A stretch of DNA of 64,000 bases from an uncultured bacterium (GTDB lineage: Bacteria > Patescibacteriota > JABMPQ01 > CAVVCK01): NCBI GenBank assembly GCA_963746775.1, contig CAVVCK010000002.1:303592-367591 (forward strand), read 5' to 3'. How positions within the stretch are numbered: the first letter of the stretch is position 1; every line of letters starts with the position of its first letter. Both the position numbers and the translations under genes were made by a program. Below the pieces are notes generated by a model. The model ran no database searches and was not told the DNA's origin. It was given only the letters and a program-made list of their open reading frames with translations. Below are positions 57,943-64,000 of the stretch, piece by piece.

Positions 57943-60165
57943 TTAGGTCCTTCTTGCAGCTCTTCCTTCTGGAGTTGAAACTCTATCATCACCATATTTT
58001 CTTAAATGTCCATAACTAGTAGATCCACGTCCAGGAGGTTCTAATACAACTTGGAAATCATCCACTAGATCTTCTATAGCCCTTTGTGTTTCTGCTGGCA
58101 TAGTAACATCTTCACCTATTTCATAATAAATTTGCAAAGTATTTTTTGCTTTTTTAGCTTCTTCTCCCCCTGCCGCAAATTGATCTCTTAACACATCAGC
58201 AACTCCTCTGGTTACTTTTTCACCATTTTTATTCAACCCTGCAAAATGCCCTGGTTCTACTAAATGTCCTTTAATGGCTGGCGTCATAGACGGTATCCCA
58301 CGATAGCCATCTTTACTATTAAATCCTTTTGCTCTAAGATTTTCTTCATATCCAGGAGTCATGCCTAATCGTATTTCTTCTCCTGTCTCTTTATCCCAAG
58401 TCATATTCATAAAATCTCCTCGATAAGCACCCATACGATCCCTAAAATCTCTTTTAGCAAATTCTCCTGCCCAATTTTCTTTGTATTGTTGTTCAGAATA
58501 TCCTTCCTCACCAGCCGCTACTAGCCTGCCAGAGTCTGGATCACGTTTTAAAAATTCCTTGAATTGCCAGTTACCTATCCCTACTGCTTGCTCACTCATA
58601 TCGAGAAACATTGACCGGCCATTTTCTTTCCCAAACAGATTTTCATACATTGCCAAGGCTGCTTTCGGAGTATATTCACCTTTATTTTCATCAGCTGCTT
58701 CTTTGCTTCCAAATAATTTTATAGCTAAATCTTCGTCCTTAGTAGCTGCTGAAAGTAATTCGTTAATATTTTTAGTATTACAAAGCTCTTGTATCGCTGC
58801 TTCAACATCAGCTTCTTCACCAACCACGCCTGCTGATTCTTTTAATCTATTAACATAATACTGCCAAGCTTGACCCTTATTCTCAATATTAAACCTATGT
58901 TTAGCTTCATCAACGAACTGCTTATGAGCAGCATATTCATATTGATTTTTGTCCTTAGTACTACCAGGAATTTTACCAAGATAATTATTTATCTGATCTC
59001 TAGCCCAACCAGTAGCCAAACCACCTACTTCTGATTCCTCTTTTTCTTTTTGTGCTTTCCATGCCTGAGGAAGATAAGTTAGTTTGGCCATATTATGCAC
59101 CCCCCCTAAGGCTTTACCAGCAAGCCATCCAGCTTTACCTTTACTTGTTAATCCCTTAGCAGTCTTCCCTAATCTATCACTAGCTAATTTCCTACGACCC
59201 CAACCTCCAACCAATTTAGCTCCACCCGTCATTCCCTTCTTAGCAAAATCCATGGCAATCTGAGCTCCATAACCTCCGCCTTCTTTTATCATAGCAATTC
59301 CCAGAAAAAGCAACCCAACAACCAAAGCATACCCCCAAACAAATTCTGTCTGTGTTAACTGAGTAGCTGGCAAAGTGGGTGAAGAATGATTTAATGCACT
59401 ATCCCACGCCTCAGCCCTAAATCCAGAAGTATCATGATCTCTCATCTCGGCAGCAACAATAGCTGACAAATAAATACAAAAAGCAGCTATGGGTCCATAA
59501 AATAAGTATTTTATAAACTCATCCCACCATTTTTTAAAATATGTGCTGGTCACCGGCAGTATATTCATACCAAAAGCTATTGGAGATAAAACAATTAAAA
59601 CTAGCAAAGCTATAGTTCTAGTTATCATCATGCCGGTTAACCCGGCAAAAGCAATCGCCAACCCACCCATATATATCGTTATTAAAGCCATTGATATACA
59701 CATAGTTAAATTGGTAATATCCAATGCACCAATTCCAGAATCAATATCCCATACAGAACTAATTCCCATTAAAGCAGCAATGCCCGCAGCTGTCTCCTGG
59801 CCTGGAGCAAAATTTAAAAAGGCGCTGGTTAAAACATTAGAAAATTCTATTAAAACAGCACAGATAGTACGGCTAAAATTAACCAGTAATATACCCAATA
59901 TTAATTTTGGCAATAATTGCTTATACTGATAAGCTTCTATACGTAAAATAGTAGTAAAGGCAATAACTAAAAGAAAAATAACAAAAAACATATTAATTGT
60001 ATCTCTGGCAATACTCCAACCGACATTAACTGAATCCATATCTTGAACAGCTAGAGCGCCACTTAAGACAACACCTAAAAGAGCATCACTCATCCAAATT
60101 ATAAGTGCAAATAAAGCAGTGGTTATTTTTAGTATGCCTCCGATTAAAAGATATAAGGCTGCCAT
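57943..60165 (-). CDS. VirB6/TrbL-like polytopic membrane protein with C-terminal soluble domain
   Basis: N-terminal half has 6-8 TM helices. About 400-aa hydrophilic C-terminal extension. Position and size are consistent with PrgH/ConG-type VirB6 analogs. Confidence 0.4.
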   Translation of the reverse strand: MAALYLLIGGILKITTALFALIIWMSDALLGVVLSGALAVQDMDSVNVGWSIARDTINMFFVIFLLVIAFTTILRIEAYQYKQLLPKLILGILLVNFSRTICAVLIEFSNVLTSAFLNFAPGQETAAGIAALMGISSVWDIDSGIGALDITNLTMCISMALITIYMGGLAIAFAGLTGMMITRTIALLVLIVLSPIAFGMNILPVTSTYFKKWWDEFIKYLFYGPIAAFCIYLSAIVAAEMRDHDTSGFRAEAWDSALNHSSPTLPATQLTQTEFVWGYALVVGLLFLGIAMIKEGGGYGAQIAMDFAKKGMTGGAKLVGGWGRRKLASDRLGKTAKGLTSKGKAGWLAGKALGGVHNMAKLTYLPQAWKAQKEKEESEVGGLATGWARDQINNYLGKIPGSTKDKNQYEYAAHKQFVDEAKHRFNIENKGQAWQYYVNRLKESAGVVGEEADVEAAIQELCNTKNINELLSAATKDEDLAIKLFGSKEAADENKGEYTPKAALAMYENLFGKENGRSMFLDMSEQAVGIGNWQFKEFLKRDPDSGRLVAAGEEGYSEQQYKENWAGEFAKRDFRDRMGAYRGDFMNMTWDKETGEEIRLGMTPGYEENLRAKGFNSKDGYRGIPSMTPAIKGHLVEPGHFAGLNKNGEKVTRGVADVLRDQFAAGGEEAKKAKNTLQIYYEIGEDVTMPAETQRAIEDLVDDFQVVLEPPGRGSTSYGHLRKYGDDRVSTPEGRAARRT

Positions 60166-60416
60166 TTACGTTTTTGTTTTATTTATAAATAATCATAATA
60201 CAGATTCACAAAGTTATACTACAAATCAACGAATAAATACTAATTTAGCAAATACACAAAATATAAAATACTTTACTAATTTAACTTGTTTAACCAATCT
60301 AATTAATTTAAACATAAGTTATTTAGAAATTTTCACCCAATCCGCCTTACCTGCTTTATCTCACCTCTATCGGCGAGTTGCCGTAAGAGGCAACCGCATA
60401 ATTCATGTTCCAACAA

Positions 60417-61436
60417 TTAGTGTTCAAATGCTCTATTGGCCCCTACCCCTTGTGTGGCTGTTTCTATTGCTTGTTTATATTCTGTAGCTGCGCTTCTTTT
60501 TTGTTTTGATCCTCCGGTAATAGCAGATATACCAGCAGATACAGCTTTATTTATTAATAAATCTACTATTTGACCTAAAAATCCTAATAAATCAGCAAAA
60601 ACCTCTGACCCTACACTTCCTTGCTCTAATGTATTATATGATTCCAGTGCTCCAGCTATAGTTTCTCCCGTAGTCTGTACGGGACATTCATTTTCCTGCA
60701 TCTCTCCATCATGATTTGTATCATTTGATTCTGCTGTCCATTGAGAACAATCTCTTGTGCCCAAAAATCCTCTGTTAGCTGATGCTTCATCTCTTAAATC
60801 ATTAGCAGTTCGTGTAGATTGAGTAGCAAATCTTTCTTGCGCATCTATATATGCTCCATATTGATTATTTGATCCTAAACTTGTTTGAAATAAACCAGAT
60901 AAGTAGTTATGGTTTATTTCATCCCATAACGCTTCTCCTCCTCCTCCCGTATCCTGTTCTGCTGTAATAACCCTTTCCAACATCTGAGCTAAATTACTTT
61001 GATCATAAGTACAATCCGGTTGATCGCTACCATCCCCGGTATTTAGAGCCGTTTCATTGCCTAAAGCTATTCTAACATTCATAGAAAAATCAGCACACAA
61101 TGAAAAATTACTAAACTGACCCACAACTGATTCTAGGGTCTGGAAAAGCAAATCCTCATAGAGCCAAGTTTTAAATGAGTCCATGTCCATGGGAAATTCA
61201 CCAGTAGTAATATAACCAATAACTATTTTCTTTATTAAGGGAAAAATCACTGATTTCCAAATGGACACCAATAAATTATTCAATATTTGTTTAATATCAA
61301 AAACAGGACCGATAGCTTTTGCTTTTTTGGGCATTGCTAGAACTCCTAATCCGCTAGCTACAAAACAAACAATACCTATTAAACTTATTAATAATAGTTT
61401 TTTAAATATATGATGTTTCTTAAAAATTAAGATCAT
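60417..61436 (-). CDS. membrane-anchored extracytoplasmic protein, hypothetical
   Basis: N-terminal TM (LLLISLIGIVCFVASGLGVLA), then a 300-aa soluble domain with 4 Cys. Confidence 0.45.
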   Translation of the reverse strand: MILIFKKHHIFKKLLLISLIGIVCFVASGLGVLAMPKKAKAIGPVFDIKQILNNLLVSIWKSVIFPLIKKIVIGYITTGEFPMDMDSFKTWLYEDLLFQTLESVVGQFSNFSLCADFSMNVRIALGNETALNTGDGSDQPDCTYDQSNLAQMLERVITAEQDTGGGGEALWDEINHNYLSGLFQTSLGSNNQYGAYIDAQERFATQSTRTANDLRDEASANRGFLGTRDCSQWTAESNDTNHDGEMQENECPVQTTGETIAGALESYNTLEQGSVGSEVFADLLGFLGQIVDLLINKAVSAGISAITGGSKQKRSAATEYKQAIETATQGVGANRAFEH

Positions 61437-61479
61437 CTTTATTAAATTATATTTTTTATTTTAAATAAATTATAAAATC

Positions 61480-62589
61480 CTACTGATGTTGTTCCAAAAA
61501 AGCCTTACTGGGCAATTCTACCCCATTCTCTTCAGCTAATTCTTGTGCTCTAGGATAAACTTTATCAAAAATGTAATCATTAAGACTACTGAATTGGGGT
61601 AATAAATTCATTACTTCATAAAAAGCATTATTTCCCTGGAAATCCATATTTTCAAGTGAATTAAACAAACCTTGCAAGGTAATCGCTGAAGTTAAAACCT
61701 GCTTGTGAAATTCTATAAATTCTGGCTTATTGGGCACTTCTGTTTCTATAAATTCGCCTTTTATTTCTAAAACAATATCTTCTAATTCTTTTATTTGAGA
61801 AGAATTAGCTATATCTACAGTTTCAGCATAACTTTCTGCTTCATCCATACTATGAATAGGAGAATTACTATATAATATAATACCTATTATATTAAAATAA
61901 TCCTGAATGAATTCTTGAGAAGTATTATCTGATACTTTTACATCTTCTTCTGGCACTTCAGGAAAATCAATTTCTTTTTCGAGATCAATTTTTGAGGTAT
62001 CTAATCCAATAGAGGCTAGTGAATCTGGAGTTACCTCTGAAAAATTCTTAACATTTAAAATTTTTTCTATACTACTTGAAGTTGTATCACTTGTTGAAGA
62101 ATTATCACTTTCTGTTTTTTTAATAATTGGCTCCAAAAAAGAAAAATCTGCTTGTAAAGGATCATGCCCAGTTAATATTTCAAAACCATCAGAATAACCA
62201 TCATAATCTGTATCAGCTTTATTGGGATCAGTTTTGTATTTTCGTTCATCTTCCCCTGTCAATCCATCTTCATCCTTATCTACTAAATTATTTCCCTCTT
62301 GTTTTAGTGGATCAAAGCCTGCCTTAACTTCTTCTCCATCTGTATAACCATCATCATCACTATCATAGTTATATGGATTTGTTCCTAGTTCATATTCTTT
62401 TTTGTCAGATACGCCGTCAGAATCAGAATCCAAACCAGATATATCAAAAATAGATTTTTCTTCGTTTTTATCTTTAGCAGAAAACATATCCTGCCAAAAA
62501 AAAGCCTTAACATTTAGGGCACTGGTAATAGAAAAAAATGATATCACTATCACAACTAATCCGATTATTTTTTCTCGGTATAATTTCAT
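61480..62589 (-). CDS. membrane-anchored TSP3-like Ca-binding repeat protein
   Basis: N-terminal TM. DSDSDGVSDKKEYELGTNPYNYDSDDDGYTDGEEVKAGFDPL and DKDEDGLTGEDERKYKTDPNKADTDYDGYSDGFEILTGHDPL. Confidence 0.5.
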   Translation of the reverse strand: MKLYREKIIGLVVIVISFFSITSALNVKAFFWQDMFSAKDKNEEKSIFDISGLDSDSDGVSDKKEYELGTNPYNYDSDDDGYTDGEEVKAGFDPLKQEGNNLVDKDEDGLTGEDERKYKTDPNKADTDYDGYSDGFEILTGHDPLQADFSFLEPIIKKTESDNSSTSDTTSSSIEKILNVKNFSEVTPDSLASIGLDTSKIDLEKEIDFPEVPEEDVKVSDNTSQEFIQDYFNIIGIILYSNSPIHSMDEAESYAETVDIANSSQIKELEDIVLEIKGEFIETEVPNKPEFIEFHKQVLTSAITLQGLFNSLENMDFQGNNAFYEVMNLLPQFSSLNDYIFDKVYPRAQELAEENGVELPSKAFLEQHQ

Positions 62590-62748
62590 ATTAAATTTAT
62601 TTTTAACTCATGCAAATTATAACACACATTTGATTATGTTTCCAAAGCATTGGGTGTGAATAACTCAAATCACGAGAACATAAAAACAATTTAAACTTAT
62701 ACATTTTTTTAAACATTGTGTATCAGGAATCCGAAATTATATTTTGTT

Positions 62749-63579
62749 TTAATATTTTAATGTTTTTAGAATTTTATATAGTTCCATCCATTCCCTTAAA
62801 TCCAAAGTCTGCGCTCTTCTGGCTGGATCAATTTTAGCTTTTTTTAATATACTTTTAGCATTATCACCTGAAATTAGTAAACCGTTTGAAATATTATTAT
62901 GTATTTGTTTTCTTCTCGCAGAAAATCCAGCTTTCACAATTCTAAAAAATGAATTTATATCATCAATTTTATACTTTGGTTTATTATAAACTTCAAACTT
63001 AATAACAGCACAATCTACGTCTGGTTTAGGATAAAATGACCTGTTCGATACTTGCCTAATTATTTTAGAATTACTATATAATTCACAAGCGATAGACAAA
63101 ATACTTCTGTTTTTATCTGTTGCCACAATTCGATCAGCTACTTCCTTTTGCATTAATAAAACCATTATACTGGGCTTATTATCCATTTCTAAAAATATTC
63201 TTAAAAATCTCGAAGTTAAATAAAATGGTAAATTAGCAATAACCTTATAGTTTGGAAATTGGAAATTAGAAATTGGAAATTTTAATATATCCTCATTAAT
63301 TATTTTTAAATTTTTATTGCTTTTAAATTTTTTTTCTAGGTATGGAATTAGATTCTTATCTTTCTCAATAGCTAATACTTGGCAATTTTTCTTAATAATT
63401 TCTTCAGTCAAGATTCCCAATCCCGGCCCTACTTCTAAAACAGTATCATTACTCATCAGATCAGCTGCCTCAACCATATCATGTACCACACTTTCACTAT
63501 ACAAAAAATTTTGCCCTAATACTTTATTAGCTTTTAAACCAAAATTATTTAATTCTTTTTTTAATTGATCTCTATTCAT
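62749..63579 (-). CDS. rsmA: 16S rRNA (adenine1518/1519-N6)-dimethyltransferase RsmA/KsgA
   Basis: LGQNFLYSESVVHDMVEAADLMSNDTVLEVGPGLGILTEEI (SAM-binding motif I) and ANLPFY. Confidence 0.85.
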   Translation of the reverse strand: MNRDQLKKELNNFGLKANKVLGQNFLYSESVVHDMVEAADLMSNDTVLEVGPGLGILTEEIIKKNCQVLAIEKDKNLIPYLEKKFKSNKNLKIINEDILKFPISNFQFPNYKVIANLPFYLTSRFLRIFLEMDNKPSIMVLLMQKEVADRIVATDKNRSILSIACELYSNSKIIRQVSNRSFYPKPDVDCAVIKFEVYNKPKYKIDDINSFFRIVKAGFSARRKQIHNNISNGLLISGDNAKSILKKAKIDPARRAQTLDLREWMELYKILKTLKY

Positions 63580-63699
63580 TTATTTATAACTTTATAATTA
63601 TATATATTACTACATTAAATTATTTTTGGAATTTGTCCGCCTCTAACAACGGATCCGCCGTTAGAGGCGAAATATTTATTTGGAAATGGAAATTGGTTA

Positions 63700-63736
63700 T
63701 TCAAATAAAAACACGCGGTATAAGCACCGCGTGTTT
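63700..63736 (-). terminator. rho-independent terminator of the CHAP-domain gene
   Basis: Minus strand hairpin AACACGCGGTGCTTATACCGCGTGTT followed by TTTATTTG. Confidence 0.5.
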
Positions 63737-63758
63737 AATTTTATCAAAATTAATATCT

Positions 63759-64000
63759 TTAATAAATATATCCTTTAATAACTCCACTCTTGTTAGAAAC
63801 AGCTCGAGTACTTTCAATGGCAAATCCACGATAATTCATCTCACTTACATAGACAGTATCACCTTTTACTCCAGTAACAATAGCTACATGTCCCCACCAG
63901 CTTTCGCTAGTAACCATTATTGATCCTACAGCCGGTACTCTACCAGTAGCTCTACCTTGAGCTCTAGCATTTGTAAGCCATTGACCAGCGTTACCACGCC
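63759..64000 (-). CDS. CHAP-domain peptidoglycan hydrolase (N-terminus beyond window)
   Basis: C-terminal ...WWGHVAIVTGVKGDTVYVSEMNYRGFAIESTRAVSNKSGVIKGYIY* carries the conserved CHAP His block. Stop codon at 63759-63761. Confidence 0.55.
   Translation of the reverse strand, partial: RGNAGQWLTNARAQGRATGRVPAVGSIMVTSESWWGHVAIVTGVKGDTVYVSEMNYRGFAIESTRAVSNKSGVIKGYIY

Noticed and set aside
42162-64000. Integrative conjugative element or prophage
   Set aside because: No integrase, recombinase, transposase, relaxase, coupling ATPase, capsid or terminase genes were recognisable anywhere in the window. The block is therefore reported as a T4SS-like apparatus rather than a mobile element.

Overview
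This is an AT-rich (about 30% GC) bacterial window with the gene content of a reduced, CPR/Patescibacteria-like genome, read with the standard code 11 and no in-frame TGA recoding. A housekeeping backbone is clearly recognisable: dnaE, thrS, a MiaB-family methylthiotransferase, comF, a CDP-alcohol phosphatidyltransferase, a YqeY/GatB-domain protein, htrA, gatA, gatC, ligA, recG, mpg, radA and rsmA/ksgA. Three tRNAs sit in an unusually gene-poor stretch between 34.2 and 36.8 kb. The rest is dominated by envelope and surface functions. These include a type IV pilin with its prepilin peptidase, a sortase with an LPXTG-like (FPETG) ice-binding-like (DUF3494) substrate, a secreted FG-GAP protein fused to a staphylococcal-type nuclease, and a family of membrane-anchored proteins carrying acidic TSP3-like calcium-binding repeats. 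The most striking feature is a roughly 20 kb block that is entirely on the minus strand (42.2 to 64.0 kb). It encodes a Gram-positive-type type IV secretion-like apparatus: a VirB4 ATPase, a PrgI/VirB3-like protein, a VirB6/TrbL-like polytopic protein, a possible VirB8-like NTF2 lipoprotein and a CHAP hydrolase at the window edge. No coupling ATPase, relaxase or integrase is visible in the window. Embedded in this block are two tandem paralogs that fuse a VirB2/TrbC-like two-helix pilin module to large cysteine-rich ectodomains, bracketed by two PD40/TolB-like beta-propeller proteins and an 897-aa anchored surface protein. An Avd/IVS-type four-helix-bundle gene also sits inside the block as a cassette flanked by direct repeats. 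Other unexplained structure includes a perfect 40-bp palindrome inside the mpg coding sequence, GC-rich tandem palindromes after recG, a recurring TTCATACGTGG motif, heptamer (GAAATTR) repeat arrays, and long non-coding tracts around the tRNAs. No rRNA genes, CRISPR arrays, transposases or integrases were seen. All calls rest on reading motifs by eye; nothing was searched against a database.
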